Translations under genes and position numbers: made by a program
Shown: one piece after another, positions 12,101 through 19,800 of the stretch
How positions within the stretch are numbered: position 1 is the first letter of the stretch
Layout of the letters: every line of letters starts with the position of its first letter
The notes under the pieces: model-generated
Database searches by the model: none
What the model was told of the DNA's origin: nothing
The model's input: the letters and a program-made list of their open reading frames with translations, nothing else
Assembly: GCA_016839815.1 (NCBI GenBank)
Contig: JAEOTM010000089.1
Span: 1-53,048, forward strand
Source: Candidatus Hodarchaeota archaeon
GTDB lineage: Archaea; Asgardarchaeota; Heimdallarchaeia; Hodarchaeales; Hodarchaeaceae
Reading direction: 5' to 3'
Length of the DNA: 53,048 bases

Positions 12101-12294
12101 AGATGTTCAAGGAAATTAAGAAGGTCATGTTTAATATTGAAGGTGCTCATTACTTCTTCTCAGAACAGATTATTTCCCATCTATCCAAGGATTATAAGCG
12201 TAGTGAAGCCATCAAGTTTCTAGATCATGCCATCAACATCAATCTCTTAATTGAAGCGGAACAGAAAGATCTCTTACAATTGACAAAACTTTGA
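6154..12294 (+). CDS. Giant single-pass surface protein, paralogous to the upstream gene, with a cytoplasmic longin/roadblock-like domain and a C-terminal winged-helix-like domain
   Basis: N-terminal signal/TM WVGILLILTLLLGSFPVQLIL. Jelly-roll-like segment (AMSFTI...SGAPD...WHEYTFDSPVLL...TYYVVM). Shares motifs with the upstream ORF (ANSSAD, FLNRTGDLYWF, YLQYGD). TM ILIPALIGLVILLFIVSSVYYV at ~11470-11535. Tail IRLILARHQSGLQFYS...DTDALSGMSAALSSFMEEL resembles Asgard longin/roadblock domains. Confidence 0.85.
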   Translation: MRINRWQSTRQYHWVGILLILTLLLGSFPVQLILATTSNDSIQKNGKTHPLSKITGFNEVPRLTGKITPIPDADTSFNTDSTESQLNNHSTANFAIGSQSGTGGGTITIRDSFNWTGTEAMNTTNQYNASEIPSIRTDSITITNSTGFNRNEAYFNITDVVAESDKRAIEEFGDPLLPYSTSRASGGITNWHFEMAMSFTIQDDYANLTKVRTYTDGFGSATGQIYIVNSTSGAPDDSLLLSSKENLASSGLDPSWHEYTFDSPVLLRSGITYYVVMNETNSDDVNNFWFWPYVQDGRDDGKVYYKYNTHGPTQWTNQPGQDLPLDIEVLPVEHNGTAYVAKTYSIPTDIGFSYNTSVDNTELSSFWFPWNGTETHTFQTSSSVSFNLEFIANYTATANPLTGSTSYLVQNATSSQWNVSFSTSSVNTTFSVTDRTMVVQGLANDWDGSAIFHGSSLVYNTSASGGLNGSIAYITNSEIMTIHASKLTTAETWAISFTALNYLLDFSLSRGGSSLTFPYQANVTDVLDLEFNVQTAGNTSYWIDYPDGTQVQKGTDINSTHINFSKEWNINSSVDQTTNINGTYGLQAFWINADKTKVGTFTRQLAVYVNTSLSVTAEGEVIRGELFKVSSIYRSIHNNSGIRDVTIWCNTSWTTNTTMTPLFNGSYTVSLGDTLNEGPGYIGTVVITTQVDWFVNWIEIITVKFVDNSSISVNNTNIGVEWRENTTIKIDYLNSIGGPITDGVVQIGGNNAVYITDAYYYRMNSTDYGSDGFYPNILVNATHSNYLSQISYIDLLITPGITSIRSSPFANDSNQNIAYANSSADVVSFNLQYYHNLTNDNLSTSAPTIESLLPVVSSPGVENSWIIDLNPNQSGVFIFNITFNLGNYNPAFFTFSLTVQEAQTRIQTNFLNDTQVYYAESYAFSVFYSNIDWIENITFDPIISVTLLLSNVEKVQFLNRTGDLYWFEFDYNPLAVGIGAHSVTITFQGIDYLESHSLVVIFEVIKSPYVALDGRETVSGDLLVNTTSSYSRAFSPNEYDNLTLSFSYYRNKTGQILDISMSEIVFLKDLSVANISIKELNYNWSFILDGSIIGTFLISITFSHENYSSLTFQIEYQIVQATSSITNYDSTNLDNPSPGINASEKSSNSIEFWMVWTSQYGESISDTDGVLSSNVTLLVFLNSTDILGTYYHYFRYTAAEIGIDTIDLTFGTVNYTDLIITLYFNVTDRGLVINDVLSTHPNNWPSTVGYLQYGDRYYFNVIINDSEDGSPVDITVFTGLDIYNITFVNVSNGNHLFFYEAWIIATLSSVQLSIRFTKANYASANYFINFFVKSAESTIATAPSSVNTYYSQNLNFSILWQSEVNPNAPFTPIYGINSTLISSPLPVVYTSLTNGNYTFTVIANQTGVFVLSIFFFSPFFEDQEHSITIFIAKVPTELGVTTHSNASSIPSEIYYSDSYDFTIGWLSSFNASGIQDKSPQVVVDVSGNVTFVTSFANGTHKFKIYADALGVYQISITLETANFGKLLYILDYQVSKMPTLTIFAENITLVDTIYVEESFILNGSGYQTYRGENISVIDELSIWLNGTLVNAGQIQINNASYYFELSVSTLNFAYGFYNISLLVNSSGYEPQFVNLTIVLLGRSLNVDVSLPVSTIQQGENITIDVTLTYVALINAGFGSTSMLAPWTDIIVHYYVEMDFTNGSTKVLETDINVDILGHASYLIPGSLTKSASGFSNITVFISGSSTSLPTSYSMSDEELNEIKITEFLDPLEILIPALIGLVILLFIVSSVYYVNRKRVSRSQVKRFAEITVEQGFEDIKSIRLILARHQSGLQFYSEKTIAELQTDTDALSGMSAALSSFMEELSESMSSQSEEETERDKIEFLSREGLHMLIWHGYHSSLIIISEVRLPDYFQTNLKALGHELEDKYLTELQDFYSSDQIPNTVVKKMVRRYIPLHYFSAYVLNEGVLTLDSVKLSRKYVKMFKEIKKVMFNIEGAHYFFSEQIISHLSKDYKRSEAIKFLDHAININLLIEAEQKDLLQLTKL

Positions 12295-12325
12295 ATGATT
12301 TGAATCATTATCTGGAGAAGAAAAG

Positions 12326-13261
12326 ATGAAAGGGAAATTCTATCGCGTATGGCTAATAAACGAGCAAGGGTTGTACATTATTGACCAAAAGCTCCTGCGT
12401 GCGAAAGTTTTGACAAAAACTGACGAAGATAGATTGATAGCAGAGCTATATAACGACCCTCTCCTTGAGAAGGATGATACCACGATTTTACACAAGAATT
12501 TACCTTCTTTTGCATTTTCCAGGCTGTATTACCAGAAGTACAAGAAAGATCTATACATACTGTTAGCAGACGAAATGATTGATATTACTGAAATTGATTC
12601 TAAGCTTCAAACTTATCGGAAACAACGTGACGCACAACGAGAAAATTTAATTGGAATTGTTGTTGCAGCCTTTGATGATGCTCGAGGTCCAAGAGTTGTA
12701 TACAGTCCTGATTTCATCAATGAAGAAACTACTTTACTCCTAGCAGTGCAAGGACAAACAATCTCATATATGGGGAAACTCAATGAATTCCAAGTCGGTT
12801 TTAAAGAACCATTGAATGTACCTAATCGTTCAGATCTTATTCATGTGAGCTATGATTTCTTAGTTCCAGCGCCGAATAGTAAAGATCCTCGAATTGCCCT
12901 AACAGGGAGAGTAATGAACTTATTCTTACTCTTTCCCCGCGAACTCCCTTATCTTAAAGAAAAATCTTTCCTACAATTTATTGAATCCTATATAGATGAA
13001 TGGGTTCGTTATTGGATTGAGTTTCAAAAAGAAAATGAGGGGAAGTATCCCGTCAAGATATTTGATGATTTACTTGAAAGCTTGAGATCTACAGTTAATA
13101 CTGCCATTGATCTCGCAACACATGATGAAAGGGAAGTTAGAAAGCTCAAAGATTTTGTGATGGATATTTTAGCCCAAAATCAAGTTCTAAACTATCAGGT
13201 ACAAAAACTACAGGAACGAATAAAAGAGTTAGAAGGAAAAGAAGCCGAAAATTCTAAATAG
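12326..13261 (+). CDS. Soluble longin/uDENN-like protein with a C-terminal coiled coil
   Basis: The N-terminus FYRVWLINEQGLYII is a longin-like hairpin. Internal IGIVVAAFDDARGPRVVYSP resembles the FxxxxGP start of uDENN domains (NPRL2/AVL9 type). Heptad tail ILAQNQVLNYQVQKLQERIKELE. GGAGA lies upstream of the ATG. Confidence 0.65.
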   Translation: MKGKFYRVWLINEQGLYIIDQKLLRAKVLTKTDEDRLIAELYNDPLLEKDDTTILHKNLPSFAFSRLYYQKYKKDLYILLADEMIDITEIDSKLQTYRKQRDAQRENLIGIVVAAFDDARGPRVVYSPDFINEETTLLLAVQGQTISYMGKLNEFQVGFKEPLNVPNRSDLIHVSYDFLVPAPNSKDPRIALTGRVMNLFLLFPRELPYLKEKSFLQFIESYIDEWVRYWIEFQKENEGKYPVKIFDDLLESLRSTVNTAIDLATHDEREVRKLKDFVMDILAQNQVLNYQVQKLQERIKELEGKEAENSK

Positions 13262-13367
13262 ATATCTTGGCAAAGAGATTAGTAAATAATATCTCTTTTT
13301 CCCTCACCTTCTCTTTCTCTTCTAAGTTATCAGCTTTCAAATCTTAATTTTTGATCAAGAGAAGTGT

Positions 13368-13390
13368 AAAAAGAGAAGGGTTATATATTG
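13368..13390 (+). promoter_or_regulatory. Candidate BRE/TATA promoter of the gelsolin gene
   Basis: Purine-rich AAAAAGAGAAGGG is immediately followed by TTATATA (13381-13387), about 170 nt upstream of ATG 13560. Confidence 0.4.
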
Positions 13391-13559
13391 TACGAATTTA
13401 ATTCAATAAGATACATAAATAAAGATAGCCAATGTAGGTTAGATAATGCAATACGAATGAAGCGACTTCATTCCGATATGTAACCTCTTTGGTTTCAGTT
13501 AAAAAAGAGAATAAATAACTTAGACTACTTATTAATTAATATTAAAGGTTGATCTGTTC

Positions 13560-14789
13560 ATGCGTGTACTACATGTTCAAGGAAAAAAACTTGTCGAAAT
13601 AAATAAGAAAAATGGATCCTTTGAATTCTTGAATGGAGATGTATACATCATTGATAATTCTGATGTTTCCGCTGGTCTCAAGAAAAAGGTTTTCATCTGG
13701 TTAGGGTCTCAAGCATTCGCTGACGATAGAGCAGTAGGTGCTTGGGCTGCAAAACAACTAGATCTTGCTGATAAAGAAATAGACATTGATACAGAAGTTG
13801 AAGGGAACGAATCTGATGAGTTTAAAGGCTTATTAGAATTTGTGGTTGTAACGGGTGATACTCCAGGCTTTTTAAAGCATGTTGAAGTCAATAAAGAAGA
13901 TATCAGCTACGCTCTTTACAGAGTTCGTGATACTGATTTATCCGATGGTTCTTCCTCAGATGATATTGCTATTGAAAAAGTACCACTAAAAAGAGAGAGT
14001 TTTGTCTCTGATGACGTTTTTGTTGTAGATGCATACCATGATCTGTATGTATGGGTCGGAGCCAGCTCACAAATTGGTGAAAAAGTTGCAGGAAATCGAG
14101 TAGCCCGGAAATTAGATGTGGATCGCGATAGAACTCCGATGGTTTATCAAATTACCGAACACAATGAACCTGCAGGATTTTGGGAACTATTTGACTCAAT
14201 AAGCTCTAGTGGATTGACTCGCAAAGATGATTCTGCAAAGATTGGTGCAAGTATGAGTGGATCTCTTTCTGATCTAACTGCTCCAATCGAACCAGCTACT
14301 CCTCCTGCTGAATTAGCTCCTCCACCAACCAGTAGTTCACCTGGAGATATTGTCGGTCCACCAACAGAAGAGGCTTATGTTCCAAAACCTCCTCCAATAA
14401 AAGATGAACCTGAACCAGCACCTGCTCCAGAACCTCAACCAGTTCAGACTGGTCTAGGAGTAGCTCCTACAGCCCCCGCTCCAACAAGACAAACTCAGTA
14501 TACACTATATTATGTAGATGGAGAGTTCACTGAACTAGGTGGAAATGAACAGGCCACCTTAGAGATTAACGAGTCAACAAAGACCGCCGTTCTATCCTTT
14601 GCAGATGGATCAAGTTTAATTACCCAAAGAACCGCAGGCCGTCAGGCTCGTGGTATTTGTAAAGCAGGATTCGCAGTTAAAGCTGGTTACAGAATTGGTT
14701 TGAAATGCGATCTGCAAGAAGTACGTGGGGAAGAGGATATGGAACAACGTGTCCAAAAATATCGAGAAGAAGGACGAAAATACGTTTAA
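13560..14789 (+). CDS. Gelsolin-family actin regulator: two gelsolin domains, a Pro-rich linker and a divergent C-terminal domain
   Basis: Gelsolin-repeat signatures FLNGDVYIID...KVFIWLGS...DDRAVGAWAAKQLD...EVEGNESDEF and FVSDDVFVVD...LYVWVGASSQIGEK...QITEHNEPAGFWELF. Confidence 0.9.
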   Translation: MRVLHVQGKKLVEINKKNGSFEFLNGDVYIIDNSDVSAGLKKKVFIWLGSQAFADDRAVGAWAAKQLDLADKEIDIDTEVEGNESDEFKGLLEFVVVTGDTPGFLKHVEVNKEDISYALYRVRDTDLSDGSSSDDIAIEKVPLKRESFVSDDVFVVDAYHDLYVWVGASSQIGEKVAGNRVARKLDVDRDRTPMVYQITEHNEPAGFWELFDSISSSGLTRKDDSAKIGASMSGSLSDLTAPIEPATPPAELAPPPTSSSPGDIVGPPTEEAYVPKPPPIKDEPEPAPAPEPQPVQTGLGVAPTAPAPTRQTQYTLYYVDGEFTELGGNEQATLEINESTKTAVLSFADGSSLITQRTAGRQARGICKAGFAVKAGYRIGLKCDLQEVRGEEDMEQRVQKYREEGRKYV

Positions 14790-14792
14790 ATA

Positions 14793-14820
14793 TTCTTCTT
14801 CACTTTTTTCCCCTTTTTTT
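14793..14820 (+). terminator. Pyrimidine/T-rich archaeal terminator-like tract
   Basis: TTCTTCTTCACTTTTTTCCCCTTTTTTT lies directly after the gelsolin stop, between convergent genes. Confidence 0.5.
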
Positions 14821-14840
14821 ATATATTAATACTCCATTAA

Positions 14841-16049
14841 TCATAAGGACAATATTATATCTTTATGGATCTGAAGCATTTCTTCAAGGATCAATGAAAT
14901 GGTTTGAGGAACATCAGAGGGAACATTGGAAGGAATACACTTTTTTGCATTTACAGTAGCAAGTAAAATTTCACTTAAACCTCGGAGGATCATGTCAGGA
15001 GAAAACCATGGCCTTTTAGACGCCCACCATTGCTGACATGAATGAATTCCACGATCCAGGAACGTACGTGCATTATCGAAGTGTTGTTTTTGATCGGAAT
15101 TCATTTGTTCATAATACTTCTGGAGTAGATTCACCGTGGTTAGAGCATACATGATAAACTGATGTTGTTTTTGATGTAACTCGTTTGAGGGTTCAAACCA
15201 TAACGGGAAAGGAACATCTCTTTCTAGATCATAGGGCATAGTACTCCAACTTGAGGCTCTTGGTGCTTGTTTTGCCCCATTAGGGAATTTATCAACGATT
15301 TCACTAACTGTTTGTAACTGAATATCATGTCTTGAAGGTAATTGTTGGAATAATGGCCGTAGAAAATCTTGAATGGAATGTTTTACGTGGTGGCCAAACG
15401 TTTCTCCATCCATAGCAAGAATCACATAATAATCATGATTTTGTGATTTATACTTTAATCGATTGGCAAAAGCTTCTACATTATTTAATTTATCAAATGC
15501 ACAGTCAATTGAGATATAGTCGTCTCGAAAGAGAAGGTTTATCCCCGTTGAATGATGCTGAGAGATAGATGTTGTAGGAAATTCAGGAAGAGTGTTAGCT
15601 ATTCCAGATGAGATTACCCAGTTAAAGTTCATTTTTTTGAGAGCGGGGAATAATTCATCATTTATTGCCATTTCAGGAGGAAAAAATCCTCTAGGGTTGT
15701 ATAAATCACCAAAATATTTCTTATTTGTATCATGATTCAATTTTATCTGTCTGAGTACTTCAGGTTCTGGGAGAAGTGGTAAAAGGGGATGAAATTTTGC
15801 CGATCCAGTAAAATCTATCTGATTTCGAGATGCTAGTGTAATAAAACTTTCAATGATATCTGTATAGCCATAATCATCTAGTTGTTCTGTTAGTGTTGCA
15901 TTAATATTTAGACTAATTTTCGCTTGTGGATTCTCCCTCAGTGCATCAATTAGTGGACGGTATGACTCCTTAACTATCCTTTTAACTACAGGAGCGATTT
16001 GGACTGGGGGTTGGTATATATGTAAAAGAAATGCAAAGTAGACAGTCAT
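14841..16049 (-). CDS. Glycoside hydrolase family 57 (alpha-amylase/amylopullulanase-like)
   Basis: GH57 conserved regions HIYQP, FHPLLPLL, GFFPPEMA (nucleophile Glu), AMDGETFGHH (acid/base Asp) and SCQQWW. Confidence 0.9.
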   Translation of the reverse strand: MTVYFAFLLHIYQPPVQIAPVVKRIVKESYRPLIDALRENPQAKISLNINATLTEQLDDYGYTDIIESFITLASRNQIDFTGSAKFHPLLPLLPEPEVLRQIKLNHDTNKKYFGDLYNPRGFFPPEMAINDELFPALKKMNFNWVISSGIANTLPEFPTTSISQHHSTGINLLFRDDYISIDCAFDKLNNVEAFANRLKYKSQNHDYYVILAMDGETFGHHVKHSIQDFLRPLFQQLPSRHDIQLQTVSEIVDKFPNGAKQAPRASSWSTMPYDLERDVPFPLWFEPSNELHQKQHQFIMYALTTVNLLQKYYEQMNSDQKQHFDNARTFLDRGIHSCQQWWASKRPWFSPDMILRGLSEILLATVNAKKCIPSNVPSDVPQTISLILEEMLQIHKDIILSL

Positions 16050-16079
16050 TGTAAATCATCTGCTTCATATAACAATTCT

Positions 16080-16829
16080 TTAGAATTTTTCAATTGCTTC
16101 TTTTAGGAGAACTCGTGTTTCGTCACTGTACCAACTATCCACAAACGATTCGATATGGGATTCTAATCTGGTCTTAATATGATTCACTACTGGCATTGTT
16201 AAATCAAGTTTGATTTTCGTGAATGCTGATAAGGGATTCGTGATAAGGGATTGACATTTTTGTAATGACTCAGATATTATACTCTCCGGAGAAATGACTT
16301 GATTCACTACTCCTAATTTGAGTAATGATTCAGGAGGATGAAAGTCTCCGCTATATACAAATTCCTTAGCTTGTTCTATCCCTATCATATTCTCTAAAAT
16401 CTGTACTGCAGGATAAGGTACAGGAACACCCAGTTTGATTTCATTCAATCCCATAAGCTTCTTCCCTTCAGAAATGAATCTATAATCGCAACAAAGTGCA
16501 AGTATACATCCACCAGCAATAGCATGCCCAGTAATAGCTGCAACTGTGGGTTTTGGGAACGTATAAAGCTCAATGCACAGTTCATTAAACTCCATGTAAA
16601 ATTTAGAGAATTCTTCCCTGGATAACTCATATAATTCAGGAATATTCAATCCAATGGAAAAAAATTTCGTATTAGAACTAGTAAGTATGACTCCCTGTAT
16701 TTCATTATCTCTACTCAATTCAAAAAGCTTTTTTCTTAGTTTTATTACCAAATCAGAAGAAATAGCATTGGTTACTTCTCTTTTAAGTTCAATAATAACA
16801 ATTTTATCTTTGAGTGTTGTCTGCAACAT
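16080..16829 (-). CDS. Enoyl-CoA hydratase/isomerase (crotonase fold)
   Basis: FFSIGLNI, PKPTVAAITGHAIAGGCILALCCDYR and GLNEIKLG. Confidence 0.93.
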   Translation of the reverse strand: MLQTTLKDKIVIIELKREVTNAISSDLVIKLRKKLFELSRDNEIQGVILTSSNTKFFSIGLNIPELYELSREEFSKFYMEFNELCIELYTFPKPTVAAITGHAIAGGCILALCCDYRFISEGKKLMGLNEIKLGVPVPYPAVQILENMIGIEQAKEFVYSGDFHPPESLLKLGVVNQVISPESIISESLQKCQSLITNPLSAFTKIKLDLTMPVVNHIKTRLESHIESFVDSWYSDETRVLLKEAIEKF

Positions 16830-16971
16830 AACTGATTCCTCTTCTTCCCTAATAGCTCAGAATTCTGTACTTTACAAAAAGGTAATCATCCAAAGAACTA
16901 GCGAAATTCTTTTATTTTTCAACATTTAATTGACGTTCCTTCATAGTAATGTATGTTATTTGGTGAAACCT

Positions 16972-18354
16972 ATGCTAACATTTAAAGAGAAAGCGAGTTA
17001 CGGGATAGGAAGACTTGGATCATCGATTACATTAGATATGGCGGATCTTTTTACTGGTTTTGTGTATTGGGCTTATTTTGGATTATCTGAAGATCCATTT
17101 CTCGCCTTCCTTGGAGTAGCCATTGGAAAACTTGTGATTGCTCTTTCAAGCTACTTTTCTGGGTATCTGTCCGATCGTACAAAAACTCGCTGGGGACGTA
17201 GAAAACCATTCATTCTGATCGGTGCACCATTACTAGCTCTATGCTTCTTTATGCTCTATTCTCCACATATATTCCTCGGAGAAGAAACTGATTCAATGAT
17301 TATCTTTTCATATCTTTTAGTCTTTAATTCTCTTTACCAAGCATTATATGGTTTCTTACTAACACCCTTTCAAGCCTGGCTTCCTGAGATAACAACTGAG
17401 GAAGAAAGATTAGAAGTAAGTGGTTACCAGAATACAGTCAACTTAATCGCATTTGTTATTGGCGCTGGTACTGCTTTTTTGATACCAGCAATAATAGGGG
17501 AGTCAGCCGAAGATTTTACTACTGCAGCATTTCAAGAAGCAAACGATATCCTTCCATTCCTTACCAATGGTCTGTTAATAACAGTAATTGTACTTATATT
17601 TGCCAGTTCAATTATTATCTTTTTCATTCCATCATTACTCGTCATCCAGGAAAAAGAAGTATTTATCCCCCAACCTCCAATTAGAGAAGAATTAAATGTA
17701 GTATTTTCTAATCGTAATTACATATCGTGGACATTGGCTCGGGGTACCCTCTCAATTATGATTTCAGGGCTGCTTGGAATCGTCCTACTATGGATTAAAG
17801 AAGTTCTTGGCTTCGAAACAGGTGATTATCTTATTTTTGGAGTTGTGTTACTACTCAGCATCTTTTCAGGCTTTATTTTTTGGGGAAGAGTTGGATCAAA
17901 TCCAAATTATGGTAAAACCAAGAGTTACATTTTTTCAATGCTTTATCTTGCGTGTGTTATGCCATTTATGATGTTTATAGGGCAAGTTGAAGCTATTCCT
18001 TTACCTATTCTCATTCAAGGCGTCATTTTTGCCATACTAACCGCAGGTGGGTTATCAGCTTATTATTTACTTCCATATGCAATAGTTGGGGATATTGTGG
18101 AAAAAGATGAACGTGAAACAGGAGAAAGTCGCGCAGGAATGTACTATGGTTTTGAGTCTATTCCTCTAAACTTCTTCCAATTTATTGGTTACTTGCTTGT
18201 TGGTGCAATGATAGACTTTCTCCCTTCTATTACTAATTATACGGGAAGAACGTTTTCACAAGGATACTTACTATTTGGTCCATTCTCTTCAATAATCATA
18301 CTCGTTTCTGTGTTCATTTTTTGGAAATATGTCAATGCAGATCCTCTGAAATAG
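16972..18354 (+). CDS. MFS transporter, GPH/MelB-like sugar symporter family
   Basis: GYLSDRTKTRWGRRKPFILIG and DIVEKDERETGESRAGMYYG, with about 12 TM segments. ATG 16972 follows GGTGA (16962) and is preferred over the track's TTG 16930. Confidence 0.9.
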   Translation: MLTFKEKASYGIGRLGSSITLDMADLFTGFVYWAYFGLSEDPFLAFLGVAIGKLVIALSSYFSGYLSDRTKTRWGRRKPFILIGAPLLALCFFMLYSPHIFLGEETDSMIIFSYLLVFNSLYQALYGFLLTPFQAWLPEITTEEERLEVSGYQNTVNLIAFVIGAGTAFLIPAIIGESAEDFTTAAFQEANDILPFLTNGLLITVIVLIFASSIIIFFIPSLLVIQEKEVFIPQPPIREELNVVFSNRNYISWTLARGTLSIMISGLLGIVLLWIKEVLGFETGDYLIFGVVLLLSIFSGFIFWGRVGSNPNYGKTKSYIFSMLYLACVMPFMMFIGQVEAIPLPILIQGVIFAILTAGGLSAYYLLPYAIVGDIVEKDERETGESRAGMYYGFESIPLNFFQFIGYLLVGAMIDFLPSITNYTGRTFSQGYLLFGPFSSIIILVSVFIFWKYVNADPLK

Positions 18355-18519
18355 CAGAGGAAATGTCTTTATAACAATATTAGGTTATAAAATTGTGAGG
18401 ATAGAACGCAATTTCTTATTTGGAGCGAATCAATCATAAAACAATTTAATTGGTTATTTTCTCGCTATATTTAACTCGTTTACACATTCAAGAATTATTC
18501 CAATTCCCTAAGGTTAACA

Positions 18520-19800
18520 GTGATGATTGACATAAAAGTTTTCCGTGAAAATCCAGAAATAATCCGTGAATCAGAAAAAAAACGATTCAAGGATGTTTCA
18601 CGCGTAGATAAAGTAATTAAACTAGATGAACAATGGAGAAAACTCTTACAGAAGGTAAATGATCTTCGTAAAGAACGTAATACGATTAGTCGGCAGATCG
18701 GTCCGCTTAAGAAAAAAGGGGAAGATATTACTTCTCTTACAAAACGAGTGAATAAAATTAAAACTGAAATTGTTAAAAATGAGAAGAAAAGTAATAAAAT
18801 TCTCGCAGAACGAGATAATCATCGATACGTTATCGGAAATATTCTGCTACCTGGAGTTCCAGTTGCTGAAAATGAAGAAGGGGATGAAACCCTTCGTACC
18901 TGGGGTATGAAACCAAACTTTAGATTTCCGATAAAGGGTCACACTGACCTTGTAGAAGCACTTAATGGAGCAGAACTAAGTAAAGCTGCTGAAGTAAGTG
19001 GATCACGGACATATTATCTAAAAAATCAACTTGTTTTTCTGAATCTTGCTTTAATTCAGTATGCATTACAAACTCTGACAGATAAAGGATTTACTCCATT
19101 CTGGACTCCGCCGTTTCTTCGGAGAGATGTCATGGAAGGAGCAAGTGAATTGTCAGATTTTGAGGAGCAGTTATATCATGATTCAAACGAAAATGTTTTT
19201 TTCATTGCTACCTCAGAACAGACACTTGCTGCATTACATAAAGATGAGCTAATTGACATCGATACTTTGCCTCGTAAATATTGTGGGATCTCGCAATGTT
19301 ACAGGAGAGAAGCAGGTTCACACGGAAAAGATACTAAAGGTATTTTTAGAGTCCATCATTTTGAGAAAGTGGAGCAATTTATTTTTGCGCATCCTGAATC
19401 TTCAGAAGAAATGCATGAGACGATGATTCAAAATGCTGAATTCCTCTTCCAGGGCTTAAAACTTCCTTACCGAATAGTAAATATCGCCTCAGGAGAACTC
19501 AACGCTAATGCAGCGAAGAAATACGATTTAGAAGCGTGGTTCCCTGCCCAAAATACTTACAGAGAATTAGTTTCATGTTCAAATGTAACAGACTACCAAG
19601 CTAGGAAATTAAATGTCACCACAGGTAAAGCTGGTGGTGAAAAAACCTTTGTTCATACATTGAATTCTACAGCTATCGCGACCGAAAGAACAATATGCGC
19701 AATTTTGGAAAATTATCAGCAGGAAGATGGATCGGTTACTATCCCTGAAGTATTACGGCCATATATGAATGGTCAAGAATCAATAAAAGTGGAAAAATAA
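18520..19800 (+). CDS. serS: Serine--tRNA ligase
   Basis: N-terminal coiled-coil arm, IATSEQ, CYRREAGSHGKDTKGIFRVHHFEKVEQF, ELVSCSN and HTLNSTAIATERT. Confidence 0.97.
   Translation: MMIDIKVFRENPEIIRESEKKRFKDVSRVDKVIKLDEQWRKLLQKVNDLRKERNTISRQIGPLKKKGEDITSLTKRVNKIKTEIVKNEKKSNKILAERDNHRYVIGNILLPGVPVAENEEGDETLRTWGMKPNFRFPIKGHTDLVEALNGAELSKAAEVSGSRTYYLKNQLVFLNLALIQYALQTLTDKGFTPFWTPPFLRRDVMEGASELSDFEEQLYHDSNENVFFIATSEQTLAALHKDELIDIDTLPRKYCGISQCYRREAGSHGKDTKGIFRVHHFEKVEQFIFAHPESSEEMHETMIQNAEFLFQGLKLPYRIVNIASGELNANAAKKYDLEAWFPAQNTYRELVSCSNVTDYQARKLNVTTGKAGGEKTFVHTLNSTAIATERTICAILENYQQEDGSVTIPEVLRPYMNGQESIKVEK

Noticed and set aside
12294-12312. Palindrome AATGATT-TG-AATCATT resembling a Fur box
   Set aside because: It is AT-rich, the spacing differs from the Fur consensus, it lies in a 31-nt intra-cluster gap, and there is no metal-related context.
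12292-12326. Stop-codon read-through (Sec/Pyl) fusing ORF2 to the uDENN-like gene
   Set aside because: The next gene is in a different frame, and a second in-frame TGA follows three codons later.
13307-13379. 10-bp inverted repeat CCTTCTCTTT/AAAGAGAAGG
   Set aside because: Low complexity; it is explained by a pyrimidine-rich terminator followed by a purine-rich promoter element.
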